Numbered from the stretch's first letter, positions 46,948-57,758 are shown. The stretch is 64,000 nucleotides of DNA from Cyanobacteria bacterium J06634_5 (GCA_039820525.1 JBCBPY010000005.1:89764-153763), one strand, 5' to 3'. Program-made: numbers and translations. Notes: generated by a model from the sequence alone, not told the origin.

Positions 46948-47649
46948 CTAAGCACAAACCGCCATTGCAGAGTTGACTAAGCCCTCGAACAAGGCGCTGC
47001 CGTCAGTATCTCCTAGGGCAGGATCGGCCGCGCGTTCAGGGTGGGGCATCATCCCCAAGACGTTACCAGCAGCGTTGCAAATCCCGGCAATGTTATTAAT
47101 CGAACCGTTAGGATTGGCAGCTTCGGTGGCTTGACCACTGGCATCGCAGTAGCGGAACAGCACCTGATTGTTATCTTCTAGGGCTTTGATAGTCTCTGGC
47201 GCAGCATAGTAGCAGCCTTCTCCATGGGCGATAGGCAGCGTGATAATTTGCCCTGCCGAATAGCGCTGAGTCCAGGGCAAGTCGGTTCGCTCTACCTTCA
47301 TTGGCAGGCGATCGCACACAAAGTGCAGGTCACGGTTACGAACGAGCGCGCCAGGGAGTAGCCCCATTTCGGTGAGGACCTGGAAGCCATTGCAAATGCC
47401 CATCACCCGCTTGCCCTGCTTAGCATGCGCTACGGTGGCGCGCATCGCGGGTGAAAACTGGGCGATCGCACCGCAGCGCAAGTAATCGCCATAGCTAAAG
47501 CCACCCGGGATAATCACCGTATCAATATCAGACAAATCGCTATCTTCGTGCCAAATCATGCGGGTGGGCTGACCTAGCAAGTCGCGCAAGACATAGGCCG
47601 AGTCGCGATCGCAATTGGAACCTGGAAAAACAATTACGCCAAATTTCAT
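46948..47649 (-). CDS. purQ: Phosphoribosylformylglycinamidine synthase subunit PurQ (glutaminase)
   Basis: 233 aa. MKFGVIVFPGSNCDRD, GGFSYGDYLR, catalytic GICNGFQ, and MPHPER. Confidence 0.9.
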   Translation of the reverse strand: MKFGVIVFPGSNCDRDSAYVLRDLLGQPTRMIWHEDSDLSDIDTVIIPGGFSYGDYLRCGAIAQFSPAMRATVAHAKQGKRVMGICNGFQVLTEMGLLPGALVRNRDLHFVCDRLPMKVERTDLPWTQRYSAGQIITLPIAHGEGCYYAAPETIKALEDNNQVLFRYCDASGQATEAANPNGSINNIAGICNAAGNVLGMMPHPERAADPALGDTDGSALFEGLVNSAMAVCA

Positions 47650-47714
47650 CGTTCTTTTGCCTACTCCTTTTTCCCTACAGCTTGTTCTCTACACAATTTC
47701 TCTACCCAGCTTCT

Positions 47715-47999
47715 TTAGGCAGTCACCGCTTCAAAAATTTCAATTTTGTAGTTTTCAATGACCGGATTAGCCAACAGCTGGTCGCAAATCTTATCGAGCT
47801 GCGTTTGGGCGGCCGCCTCGCTCTGGGCTGATAGGTCTAGCTCAATGTATTTACCAATACGAACCTTAGAAACATTGTCATACCCCATATGAGATAGCCC
47901 AGAGCGCACAGCGGTCCCTGCCGGGTCTAGCACGGAAGGTCGCAGGGTGACATACACCTTAGCGTGGTACAAACTCGCCGAAGAAGAAGAGGCTGGCAT
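47715..47999 (-). CDS. purS: Phosphoribosylformylglycinamidine synthase subunit PurS
   Basis: 94 aa. VYVTLRPSVLDPAGTAV...VRIGKYIELDL, sitting directly upstream of purQ. Confidence 0.85.
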   Translation of the reverse strand: MPASSSSASLYHAKVYVTLRPSVLDPAGTAVRSGLSHMGYDNVSKVRIGKYIELDLSAQSEAAAQTQLDKICDQLLANPVIENYKIEIFEAVTA

Positions 48000-48123
48000 C
48001 GCTCGTCAAGGGAAAGGACATGTGCTAGCCTACCGTATTTCTTATGCAAACTTGTTGCCTAGCTCGCTTAAGCTAGAAGTAATAAACAATGCCCAGTAGT
48101 TAACACAATGGTTAACAGGCCCA

Positions 48124-48564
48124 ATGGTTGACAAACCAGATGACGGAAAGCGCATGAAAGCCCGCCGCACCCGCAGTCAAATTCAGATTTTGGATCTGCT
48201 CAAGCAGTTAACAGAAGCCGTGTCCGCCCAAGAGCTGTACAGGCAGCTACGCCAGCAGCAAGTCCGAATGGGCCTAGCGACGGTGTATCGCGCCTTAGAA
48301 TCGCTCAAGCTAGAAGGCGCCGTTCAGGTACGAACACTCTCGAGCGGTGAGTCCTTATACAGCTTGGCCAAGGAAGATACCCACCATCTGACCTGCGTGC
48401 GCTGCGGCACCTCAGCCGTGATGGAAGAATGTCCAGTGCATGGGCTAGAAAGCCACTTGACCGAATCCCATCATTTTCAAATTTTTTATCACACGCTGGA
48501 ATTTTTTGGGCTTTGCGAAAAGTGTCAGATGACCGAAGGCGATTCTTTGACAGCAGCAGGCTGA
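48124..48564 (+). CDS. Fur-family metalloregulator
   Basis: 146 aa. HTH LATVYRALESLKLEGAV, HHLTCVRCG, and a C-terminal CEKC. Confidence 0.85.
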   Translation: MVDKPDDGKRMKARRTRSQIQILDLLKQLTEAVSAQELYRQLRQQQVRMGLATVYRALESLKLEGAVQVRTLSSGESLYSLAKEDTHHLTCVRCGTSAVMEECPVHGLESHLTESHHFQIFYHTLEFFGLCEKCQMTEGDSLTAAG

Positions 48565-49127
48565 CCGATTACTGAGTTGGGCTCTCTAATAGCAACCGGC
48601 TGACCCAAAAAGCCCATGGCTTCTTCACACCAAGCCACCCAAGAGAGCTGCTGACGAATACCGGCTCTGAGCGTGAGGTATTGAAACTGGCTTTCCCTGG
48701 AAAGCTGGGGCGCTTGGGCGTACTGCTTGGCGATCGCTTGATAGCTTTTAAGCCGTTCCTTATGCTGTTCGTAATAGTTTTGCAAGGTACTTAGCAACGT
48801 ATCGGTCGGCACGGTATGACCGACCGATAGCTTAACCAGTAGGTCGGACTTGAGCGGCGTGATGGCTTCGCTGGTGCCAATCCACTGTTGCAAATATTGC
48901 CGTCCATCATCGGTGACGGTGTAGAGCTTTTTATTGGGTCGATTTTCCTGCTCGATTTTTTCAGACGACAGGTAGCCATCGGCTTCAAGTTTGCCAAGCG
49001 CCTTATATATCTGCTGATGGCTAGCACTCCAAAAGCATTCTACTGATTTATTAAATCGTTTTACGAGGTCGTAGCCGCTACAAGGCCGGTTAATGAGGGC
49101 CGCTAAAATTGAGTAGGAAAGAGCCAT
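48525..49127 (-). CDS. PadR-family transcriptional regulator
   Basis: 200 aa. ILAALINRPCSGYDLVKRF...IYKALGKLEADGYL. Its 3' end overlaps the Fur-family gene by 40 nt. Confidence 0.85.
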   Translation of the reverse strand: MALSYSILAALINRPCSGYDLVKRFNKSVECFWSASHQQIYKALGKLEADGYLSSEKIEQENRPNKKLYTVTDDGRQYLQQWIGTSEAITPLKSDLLVKLSVGHTVPTDTLLSTLQNYYEQHKERLKSYQAIAKQYAQAPQLSRESQFQYLTLRAGIRQQLSWVAWCEEAMGFLGQPVAIREPNSVIGQPAAVKESPSVI

Positions 49128-49511
49128 TCTCTAAACCAAAAGAATATTCGCCTATAGACATAGTAGACGAACCCTTGAGTTTCGATGCTGCCCCCAACAG
49201 ACTCTTCCAATGCGAGTGCATTGCGCGACGAGATCGAGTGACTTTAAGGACGCGGCACACAAGATTATTCTGTTGTTTTCAACATGAAAAAATTGTCGAT
49301 TTAGGCATTCAACCCAAAAACAAAAATAGGTCACAACACGACCACAGTTCACGGCAAAGAGGCCGCTGGCTGAGATGTTTTTTGAAGGGGAAATTGAGTC
49401 GATAAATTGCTTGGTAATGTTAAGGAACCCCGAGTGAATGAGCCAGCTGTGAGCATTCGCAGTATGGTTTTGAAAGGTTTTGTAGCGCGCTAAGATTGAA
49501 GCGATTTTTCC

Positions 49512-51482
49512 ATGACAGACTCCACAATCGAATCGGTATTGCAAGAGCAGCGAGTATTTACACCGCCGGCAGAGTTTTCTGCCAATGCTCGAATCCCCAG
49601 TATGGAGGCGTACCAAAAGCTGTTTGATGAAGCGGCAGCTGATCCGGCGGCTTTTTGGGCGCGGCTGGCGGAACAAGAGCTGGACTGGTTTGAAAAGTGG
49701 GATACGGTTTTAGACTGGCAGCCCCCGTTTGCCAAATGGTTTGTCGGCGGCAAAATCAATATTTCCTACAACTGCCTAGATCGCCACTTAAAAACGGACA
49801 AGCGAGATAAGACAGCTTTGATTTGGGAAGGTGAACCCGGCGACTCGCGCAAGCTCACCTACGCGGAGCTGCACGCTGAAGTGTGCCAAATGGCGAATGT
49901 GCTCAAGGATATGGGGGTACAAAAGGGCGATCGCGTTGGCCTATACATGCCCATGATTCCAGAAGCCTCGGTCGCGATGCTGGCCTGCGCGCGCATTGGG
50001 GCAGCTCACACCGTTGTTTTTGGGGGCTTTAGCGCCGAAGCGCTGCGCGATCGCCTCAATGATGCCGAAGCGAAAGTTGTCATCACTGCCGACGGGGGCT
50101 TCCGTAAAGACAAGCCCATGGGCCTAAAGCCCGCCGTAGACGCGGCCCTAGCAGACGGGGCTGTCCCCTCTGTGACCAACGTGCTGGTCGTGCAACGAAC
50201 CCAGCAAGCGGTGGAATGGACCGAAGGTCGCGACGTGTGGTGGCACGACGTTCAGCCCTCGGCCTCCAAAGCTTGCGACCCTGAACCCATGGACAGTGAA
50301 GACCTGCTGTTTATCCTGTACACCAGCGGTACCACCGGCAAGCCTAAGGGTGTGGTCCACACCACAGGCGGCTACAACCTGTACACCCACATGACCTTCC
50401 AGTGGGCCTTCGACATTAAAGAAGACGATGTGTACTGGTGCACTGCCGACGTGGGATGGATTACCGGCCACAGCTATATCGTATACGGTCCGCTTTCTAA
50501 CGGAGCCACTAGCGTGATGTACGAAGGTGCCCCGCGCCCGTCTAACCCCGGTGCGTTTTGGGATGTCGTGGAAAAGTACGGCATCACCATTTTCTACACC
50601 GCGCCGACGGCCATTCGCGCCTTTATGAAAATGGGTGACAAAGAGCCCAATGCTCGCGATTTGTCTTCCTTACGGATTTTGGGCACCGTGGGTGAGCCGA
50701 TTAACCCTGAAGCGTGGATGTGGTATCGCAAAGTCATTGGCGGCGACAAGTGCCCCATTATTGATACCTGGTGGCAAACCGAAACCGGTGGCTTTATGCT
50801 CACGCCGTTGCCGGGTGCAACCCCAACAAAGCCAGGGTCTGCGACCAAGCCCTTCCCAGGGATTTTGGCTGATGTGGTCGATGCCGAAGGCAACCCTGTC
50901 GGTGCCAATGAAGGCGGGTATTTGGTCGTGAAGCACCCTTGGCCCAGCATGATGCGCACGGTGTATGGCGATGACGCGAGGTTCCGCCGCACTTACTGGG
51001 AGCACATTCCGCCCAAGGACGGCAAGTACATGTACTTTGCGGGCGACGGTGCTCGCAAAGATGAGGATGGTTACTTCTGGGTGATGGGCCGTACGGATGA
51101 CGTGCTCAATGTGTCGGGGCATCGCCTAGGAACCATGGAAATTGAGTCAGCGCTGGTCTCTCATCCCGCTGTTGCAGAAGCAGCGGTTGTAGGGCGTAAG
51201 CATGACCTAAAAGGGCAAGATGTGTACGCCTTTGTCACGCTCGATAGTACCGTTAGCGCCAGTGATAACCTCAAGGCCGAGCTAAAGCAGCATGTGGTGA
51301 AAGAGATTGGCGCGATCGCCCGCCCCGGTGACATCCAATTTACGGATGCTCTACCCAAAACCCGCTCCGGCAAAATCATCCGTCGCTTTTTACGCAACCT
51401 TGCCAGTGGCGAAGACGTCGTCGGAGATGCCACCACGATGGAAGACCAGAGCGTGCTAGAGAAGCTACGTCAGGGCTCGTAG
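49512..51482 (+). CDS. acs: Acetyl-CoA synthetase
   Basis: 656 aa. AMP-binding motif [12 protein letters not shown], plus WWQTETGG and [14 protein letters not shown]. Confidence 0.95.
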   Translation: MTDSTIESVLQEQRVFTPPAEFSANARIPSMEAYQKLFDEAAADPAAFWARLAEQELDWFEKWDTVLDWQPPFAKWFVGGKINISYNCLDRHLKTDKRDKTALIWEGEPGDSRKLTYAELHAEVCQMANVLKDMGVQKGDRVGLYMPMIPEASVAMLACARIGAAHTVVFGGFSAEALRDRLNDAEAKVVITADGGFRKDKPMGLKPAVDAALADGAVPSVTNVLVVQRTQQAVEWTEGRDVWWHDVQPSASKACDPEPMDSEDLLFILYTSGTTGKPKGVVHTTGGYNLYTHMTFQWAFDIKEDDVYWCTADVGWITGHSYIVYGPLSNGATSVMYEGAPRPSNPGAFWDVVEKYGITIFYTAPTAIRAFMKMGDKEPNARDLSSLRILGTVGEPINPEAWMWYRKVIGGDKCPIIDTWWQTETGGFMLTPLPGATPTKPGSATKPFPGILADVVDAEGNPVGANEGGYLVVKHPWPSMMRTVYGDDARFRRTYWEHIPPKDGKYMYFAGDGARKDEDGYFWVMGRTDDVLNVSGHRLGTMEIESALVSHPAVAEAAVVGRKHDLKGQDVYAFVTLDSTVSASDNLKAELKQHVVKEIGAIARPGDIQFTDALPKTRSGKIIRRFLRNLASGEDVVGDATTMEDQSVLEKLRQGS

Positions 51483-51520
51483 CTGTTAGCAAGCAAGGAC
51501 CATACTGCAAAAACAAAACT

Positions 51521-51562
51521 AAAAGAAACAGCTAGGACCGTAACGCCCTAGCTGTTTCTTTT
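51521..51562. terminator. Intrinsic terminator after acs (symmetric A/T flanks)
   Basis: Perfect 16-bp stem aaaagaaacagctagg / cctagctgtttctttt with a 10-nt loop. Confidence 0.7.
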
Positions 51563-51800
51563 AAAAGCAGCCCTTTAAAATGCTTCGCCTTCAAAGTCTT
51601 GAGATTGTACGTCTTCAAAGACATCGTCTAGGTGAGAAATCACGAGCATTTGGGGTCTATTGGCAGCATCAATTTTGTTTGTTTTGTTTTTTGAAATCAA
51701 GGGCACTTTATACCAGGAAAGCGTGGACATCGGCAGTACTAGCACCAGCTGACACAAAAGATGTCGCTCGCACCGCTGATGACGACCCTGGAATGCACCT

Positions 51801-54650
51801 ATGGCTGATGTCCAAAGAATTGATGAGTCCTTCTTGCGCTTGCAGGACACATCTACCGACACACAAATCACGGTTTCAATCGAAAACTTAGCACCGGACA
51901 AGGGCACTACCCTCACGCCACTTTGGGTTGGCTTCCATAACGGTGAGTTTGACACCTACGACCGAGGCGTCGCCGCAACACCAGGGCTTGAAAGCCTCGC
52001 TGAAGATGGCAGTGCCAACGTATTGTCCAGCGAATTTGCTGACAGTGAGAAAGGGCGCACAGACGGCGTGGTCGGCAGCGGGCCAATTGCACCAGGGGCG
52101 ATCGCACAGCAGACCTTTTCAGTCGAGGCAGACGCTGAAGACTCCAAGTATTTCAGCTACGCCAGCATGGTGCTACCTAGCAACGATTTTTTCGTTGCCA
52201 ATGGCAATCCACTCGCCCATCCGATTTTTGACGACGTGGGTAATTTTATCGGCACTGAATTTTATGTTCTGGGCGATAACGTCCTAGACGCGGGCACCGA
52301 AGTCAACGATGAGCTAGATCGCACAACCGCTTTTTTCACTCAGCAAACACCCAATACGGGTAACGCAGAAAGGGGCGTTGTCACGGCAGCAACAGGCTTT
52401 ATTCCCAACGGGCGGATCTTGTCAGCCGAGCAATTTGCCAATGCAGACTTCACCGCAGCAGGCTACAAAGTTGCCAAGGTCACCGTGGATTCTGACGCGG
52501 CAACCGCCACCTTTAGCACCAGCTTTAGCGACCTGTCCCAGGCCGGGGTAGACCCCAATAGCTTTCGCCTCGGAAAGGCGAAGTTCACAGGGGGTTCTAG
52601 CTTCTTTAAAGGCATTCCGGCGCTGTACGCTACAGGCTCCAATGCTTGGGTTGCAGACGCTGGCGGCACCTTAAAAATCGACTTTGACCAGCCTGTTTCA
52701 GACATTAGCTTCAAAGCCATTGGCCTAGAGAGCGCGACAGTCGTGGTCTCTGGAGAAGTGGATCAGCTCTCGAATGCGGTAGACATCTCAGGAACTGATA
52801 TTCGCAACACGGATACCGTTAACTTTTCTGGGCGAATTACCTCGCTAGAGTTACGCAACACCGCAGCCGGTACGCCCAACGATAGCAACTTGGCCGCCCT
52901 AGATGACTTGAGCTACACCGTCGCGCCAACGCTCGCAGAGCCTCGCACCGTCACGGTGAGCATTGAAAACCTAGCCCCGGCAAACGGCACCAGCCTGACC
53001 CCACTGTGGGCCGGCTTCCACAACGGACTCTTTGACCTCTACAATCGTGGCGAAGCGGCAACGCTGGGGTTAGAGCGCCTGGCAGAAGATGGTAACGCCG
53101 ATGTTTTAGGCCAGGAATTTACGAAAAGTCGTAACGGCAGCCAAGAGGGCGTGGTCGGCAGCGCACCCATCGCACCAGGGGAAACGGTGAGCCAAGCCTT
53201 TAGCGTCAAGCCTGAAGATCGCGAGTCGGCTTACTTTAGCTACGCCAGCATGGTGTTACCCAGTAACGATTTCTTTATCGCCAATGGCGACCCGCTAGCC
53301 CATCGCATTTATGATCGCGACGGCAACTTCGTGGGCGCTGATTTCCTAATTGTGGGTTCCGACGTGCTAGATGCGGGCACTGAAGTCAATGACGAATTAG
53401 AATCAACAACCGCTTTTTCCGATCAGCAGGTCGCGAATACAGGGACCGCTGAAAATGGCGTGGTCACGGCCGCCACTGGCTTTCTAGATCCTAGTGAGAA
53501 CGGGAAAGAGGGCGAGGAGGCCATCAGACGAATTCTTTCAACAGAAGGGTTCGAGGCCGCTGACTTTACCGCAGAAGGCTATCAGGTGGCTCGCGTGCGG
53601 GTCAGCGCAGGCGATAAAAATGCCGCCGCTAGCGCCCGTGCTGAAAAGAACAATCTGGTCTCTGTAGAAGGGGACGGGACGGCCCTTCAGCTAAGCTTTG
53701 AGCAGCGCAATGCCAGCGAGGTCAATGAAATTATTGCGATCGCCACTGACAATGGCCAAGGGACTATTGGCGGCATTGCCCCCGGAGAGCCTGGGTATAT
53801 CGCGGCCCTAGTCAACGGCGCACAAACGGTGTTTTCTGCGCTCCAAGGCGGTGAACTGGCAAACTTTAACCCCACGCGAACCCTCAGCGCGACCAACGGT
53901 CAGTTCTTCCAATTCGCGGTGATTCAAGGGGGCAGCCTAGAAACCTTCAGGAAAGGAGGCAAAGGAGAGCTACTGCTGGCAACCCCAGCGGGCAATACCA
54001 ATCAAAGCCCTGCTGTGAGCATCGAGCGGTTGGCAGCCAACCAGCTCCACCTCAACTTCCGAACACCGCAGGGGGGCGGGGCCGGTCAGCTGGGCGACTT
54101 GGTTGTAAAGGCAAACTTTGTCTCAGCCTCAGCACCGCTGGGCACCGACCTCCAAAATTCCGCAGGGCTAGAAGTCCTCGATTTGCGGACGGCAAAATCG
54201 GCGGTGGTGGCAAACTTTGAGATTCACCGAGAGGCTAGCTTCGACAATCAGATTGGGTTTTATAGAGTCGAAAATGAGCAGGGCGATGTGAAATCTCGAG
54301 ACGGCGGCGTGCTGTCGGTCGGAGACGAGGGCTATCGGGATGCGGCCTTGTTCAATCGATTAGGCGATGTCTTGCTCACTGGTGGAGACGGTGAAACCCT
54401 TACCAGCAGAGCGCAGCTAGCTCCAGGCGTAATTTTGGCCCCCTTCCTGCTGGTGAATGGAGACATTAATGAGCTATTCGATATCGAAGCAGCGAACGAT
54501 CCCGATGTGTTCTTTGCCTATTCAGGAGCCAACAGTGACGGGGCTGAGCATGTTCGGTTGCTGGGCGACAATACCTTCGGCTTTGAAGATCTCGCTGGCG
54601 GGGGCGATCGCGACTTTGACGATATTGTCGTGAAAACAACGTTCGGCTAG
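51801..54650 (+). CDS. Large protein with two spondin_N-like modules and a C-terminal DUF4114-like domain
   Basis: 949 aa. Two ~190-aa repeats (VSIENLAP..GT.LTPLW.GFHNG.FD.Y.RG.AAT.GLE.LAEDG...YFSYASMVLPSNDFF.ANG.PLAH). The C-terminus is GDNTFGFEDLAGGGDRDFDDIVVKTTF. Confidence 0.65.
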   Translation: MADVQRIDESFLRLQDTSTDTQITVSIENLAPDKGTTLTPLWVGFHNGEFDTYDRGVAATPGLESLAEDGSANVLSSEFADSEKGRTDGVVGSGPIAPGAIAQQTFSVEADAEDSKYFSYASMVLPSNDFFVANGNPLAHPIFDDVGNFIGTEFYVLGDNVLDAGTEVNDELDRTTAFFTQQTPNTGNAERGVVTAATGFIPNGRILSAEQFANADFTAAGYKVAKVTVDSDAATATFSTSFSDLSQAGVDPNSFRLGKAKFTGGSSFFKGIPALYATGSNAWVADAGGTLKIDFDQPVSDISFKAIGLESATVVVSGEVDQLSNAVDISGTDIRNTDTVNFSGRITSLELRNTAAGTPNDSNLAALDDLSYTVAPTLAEPRTVTVSIENLAPANGTSLTPLWAGFHNGLFDLYNRGEAATLGLERLAEDGNADVLGQEFTKSRNGSQEGVVGSAPIAPGETVSQAFSVKPEDRESAYFSYASMVLPSNDFFIANGDPLAHRIYDRDGNFVGADFLIVGSDVLDAGTEVNDELESTTAFSDQQVANTGTAENGVVTAATGFLDPSENGKEGEEAIRRILSTEGFEAADFTAEGYQVARVRVSAGDKNAAASARAEKNNLVSVEGDGTALQLSFEQRNASEVNEIIAIATDNGQGTIGGIAPGEPGYIAALVNGAQTVFSALQGGELANFNPTRTLSATNGQFFQFAVIQGGSLETFRKGGKGELLLATPAGNTNQSPAVSIERLAANQLHLNFRTPQGGGAGQLGDLVVKANFVSASAPLGTDLQNSAGLEVLDLRTAKSAVVANFEIHREASFDNQIGFYRVENEQGDVKSRDGGVLSVGDEGYRDAALFNRLGDVLLTGGDGETLTSRAQLAPGVILAPFLLVNGDINELFDIEAANDPDVFFAYSGANSDGAEHVRLLGDNTFGFEDLAGGGDRDFDDIVVKTTFG

Positions 54651-54695
54651 ACCAGCACTCAGCTCTATTAACTCAGCTCCATTAACGCACTTCCA

Positions 54696-54737
54696 TTAGC
54701 CCTTACCTGACGGCGCACTTAGTTGGGTAAGGGCTAA
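54696..54737. terminator. Hairpin between convergent genes (possible terminator, no U-tract)
   Basis: 12-bp stem ttagcccttacc / ggtaagggctaa with an 18-nt loop. Confidence 0.35.
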
Positions 54738-54745
54738 GGAGGGGG

Positions 54746-56146
54746 CTAGCTCGAGGAGCGTCTATTTTTGAGCACGGGCTTCGGCGCACGCGAGGTTTTG
54801 GGTCTAGAGGAGCGCGAGCGATCGCCTCCTTTTCCTCGACCGCCACCCCGGCCCCGACCGCCGCCTCTGGAATTGTTCCGCCCATTGGGAATCGGCTCCG
54901 GCGGAATAGACGGATCGGGTTCGTAGCCCGCAATGATTTCTTTGGAAATCTCTCGTTTCAGCAGACGCTCAATACCGCGCAGCAAAGATTTTTCATCAAT
55001 ACACACCAGCGAGACGGCCTGCCCCTCGTTGCCGGCACGGCCCGTGCGGCCAATGCGGTGAACGTAGTCTTCTGCAACGTTGGGCAATTCAAAATTAACC
55101 ACGTGGGGCAACAGGTCAATATCAAGGCCACGGGCAGCAATATCGGTCGCAACCAGCACCCGGACATCGCCAGATTTAAAGGCAGCCAGGGCACGGGTGC
55201 GGGCCCCTTGGCTTTTATTACCGTGAATCGCCGCCGCCGTCAGCCCGTCTTTTTGCAGGTGTTTGGTCAGGCGGTTGGCACCGTGCTTAGTACGGGTAAA
55301 AACGAGCACCTGTCGCCAGTTACGCGAGCCAATAATAAAGGAAAGCAGCTCGCTCTTACGGACGCGGTCAACAGGATAGACCACCTGATCGACGGTTTCA
55401 GCTGCGGAGTTGGAACGGGCCACTTCGATCAGTTCAGGCGATCGCAAAAAGCTATCGGCCAGCTTCTTGATCTCTCTGGAAAACGTCGCTGAAAACAGCA
55501 GGGTCTGACGGTCTTCAGAAACCAGGGCTAAAATTTTGCGAATATCGTGAATAAAGCCCATGTCCAGCATGCGGTCGGCTTCATCGAGAATCAGCACTTC
55601 AACCTGAGAAAGATCCACCGTTTGCTGATTGACATGATCGAGCAGGCGACCGGGGGTAGCCACCAAAATATCGACCCCCTGGCGCAGCTTTGAAATTTGA
55701 GGATTGATTTTAACCCCGCCAAAAATCACGGTTGAGCGGATAGGTAGGTACTTGCTGTAGGTATTGACGCTTTCGCCAACCTGAGCAGCTAACTCACGGG
55801 TCGGTGTCACAATCAAGGCGCGAATAGGCCGCCGATGACCACGCGGGCTACCGCCAGCACCTTTGTTTTTGCGCAGGATAGGTTTGTTGCTTTTGGGGGC
55901 AGGGGCTTGCTCACGGAGGGGCTCATCGGGAATATCTTGAGGCGGGAGCCCCTCACACAGCCGTTGCAACAGCGGCAATGTAAAACCTGCGGTTTTGCCG
56001 GTGCCCGTTTGGGCGCTGGCCATCACGTCCCGGCCTTTGACCACAATCGGAATGGACTGCTGCTGAATGGGGGTGGGTTCGGTATAGCCCTGCTCCGCGA
56101 TCGCACGCAAGATTTCGGCCCGCAGACCGAGAGTTTTGAAAGACAT
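54746..56146 (-). CDS. DEAD-box ATP-dependent RNA helicase with RGG-rich tail
   Basis: 466 aa. [21 protein letters not shown] and [10 protein letters not shown] motifs, with a C-terminal [14 protein letters not shown]. Confidence 0.9.
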   Translation of the reverse strand: MSFKTLGLRAEILRAIAEQGYTEPTPIQQQSIPIVVKGRDVMASAQTGTGKTAGFTLPLLQRLCEGLPPQDIPDEPLREQAPAPKSNKPILRKNKGAGGSPRGHRRPIRALIVTPTRELAAQVGESVNTYSKYLPIRSTVIFGGVKINPQISKLRQGVDILVATPGRLLDHVNQQTVDLSQVEVLILDEADRMLDMGFIHDIRKILALVSEDRQTLLFSATFSREIKKLADSFLRSPELIEVARSNSAAETVDQVVYPVDRVRKSELLSFIIGSRNWRQVLVFTRTKHGANRLTKHLQKDGLTAAAIHGNKSQGARTRALAAFKSGDVRVLVATDIAARGLDIDLLPHVVNFELPNVAEDYVHRIGRTGRAGNEGQAVSLVCIDEKSLLRGIERLLKREISKEIIAGYEPDPSIPPEPIPNGRNNSRGGGRGRGGGRGKGGDRSRSSRPKTSRAPKPVLKNRRSSS

Positions 56147-56533
56147 AAGCTGAAAAATTTGCTCCTAAGCAATCGTGTTGGGATGCCCCACCCCAAATGC
56201 AGCGCCCTTGAGCAGCATAGGCGGGTGCAATCGCATACGCATACAACAAAAAGCGGCATATCGGAACTAGCCTAAGAGCAAAAAGCAATCAGTAACAGTT
56301 GAAGCGATCTTTCGACAGCAGATTCGATTCCCGAAAAGGAGGACAAATCAGCACTTCTGGAACTTGCGCAGACTAGAAACGCAGCCAAGGGATTATATTA
56401 ACAGACTTTTCCACTGGCTCCCTGCGCCCTTTTCTAGGCCCGATTACGCTGAAAGCACGTCAGCACTACCCACAGGTTGAGCTACTGAGCTAAACGGCCA
56501 AACTGAACGGTCAAACTGAACTGCCGAACTGAA

Positions 56534-57718
56534 CTACTGAGCCAGGTCTTCTTCTTGGGCGCTCATCTGGGTGCTCATCCAATGAATCAAATCGCGTACC
56601 ACCAATCTAGAATCCAAATCGTTGTGCGGTTCGTGATAGCTGCCGGGGTAAATTTTCAAGGTTTTACGATCAGTCCCCATTTGTTGAAAAATCTCACGTG
56701 ATCCGGCGACATCAATAATCGGATCGGCTTCTCCATGGGTGAGCAAAATCGGCATCTGAAGCTGGTGAATATGGGACTTTACCCAATCAATCGTGTTTAA
56801 GGTTTCCGTGCCCCATCGCAGGGTGACGTAGGGATGAATGAGGGGATCTTGGGCGAGCTGGTCAGCAATGTTTTGATCGCGCGATAGGCCGCATTCTGCC
56901 AGCCCCATTTTCAAAGAAAGCCGGGGAAACAGCCCAGATAGCAACCGTGCCAGCATAATTCGTACCTGGCTAGCCGTCCCTTCTGACGGTGAAATAGGCG
57001 GGGCACTCACGACTAAACCCAAAATATTCAGCGCTTGAAAGTCAGCAGCGTGGGCTTTCTGTAGCACCCAGTCAAGCACGATCAGCCCGCCTAAGCTATG
57101 CCCCATCAAGAACAGGGGTGCCGTAGGCTCTTGCTGGCGAACCAGCTGTAAGAAAGCTGCCGTATTGTCTCGATAGTTTTGCCAGCTATCGATGTGGCCG
57201 CGCTGGCCTTCTGACTTGCCATGGCCTTGGTTATCAAACGCAAATACGGCATACCCTGCGGCGGTGAGCGCCTGAATAACCGAGCAATACCGGCCTGAGT
57301 GTTCACCCAAACCATGGACTAACACAAGGACGCCCTGAACCGCAGCTGTATGGTAGGTCGTCTCAGAGGCTGCTGGATACCAGCTTTGGTAAAACAGCTT
57401 GAGCGAATTTGCGCCCGTAAAGGTGCCTTGCCTATTAACGGGCTCATTACGGGTCTTGCCACTGGTCCGGCCACCGGTCTTGCCATTGGTTTTGACACTT
57501 GTTTTGCCATTGGCCTCTTCGCTGGCCTGTTCGCCGGCCTCTTCGCTGGCCTGTTCGATAGTAGACACCGTTGTCGAGGCGGTATTAGGCGGCATAGTGC
57601 CCGACGAGGCATTTAAAGGACCCCGCGCGGAGCCTACTGTTGTGTCTTTAGGGCCTTTTGAATGGGTTTGGGTCGAGGTCATTGCTAGGGCTTGAGGAGA
57701 ACAGCTGGACACGCGCAT
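56534..57718 (-). CDS. Alpha/beta hydrolase (lysophospholipase/monoacylglycerol-lipase-like) with repetitive N-terminal extension
   Basis: 394 aa. HGLGEHSGRY and the nucleophile elbow GHSLGG. The N-terminal ~95 aa are low complexity and include a 24-bp duplication. Confidence 0.8.
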   Translation of the reverse strand: MRVSSCSPQALAMTSTQTHSKGPKDTTVGSARGPLNASSGTMPPNTASTTVSTIEQASEEAGEQASEEANGKTSVKTNGKTGGRTSGKTRNEPVNRQGTFTGANSLKLFYQSWYPAASETTYHTAAVQGVLVLVHGLGEHSGRYCSVIQALTAAGYAVFAFDNQGHGKSEGQRGHIDSWQNYRDNTAAFLQLVRQQEPTAPLFLMGHSLGGLIVLDWVLQKAHAADFQALNILGLVVSAPPISPSEGTASQVRIMLARLLSGLFPRLSLKMGLAECGLSRDQNIADQLAQDPLIHPYVTLRWGTETLNTIDWVKSHIHQLQMPILLTHGEADPIIDVAGSREIFQQMGTDRKTLKIYPGSYHEPHNDLDSRLVVRDLIHWMSTQMSAQEEDLAQ

Positions 57719-57758
57719 GTATTTACTTTAATTTACAGGCAATTTACAAAATTTCAAT

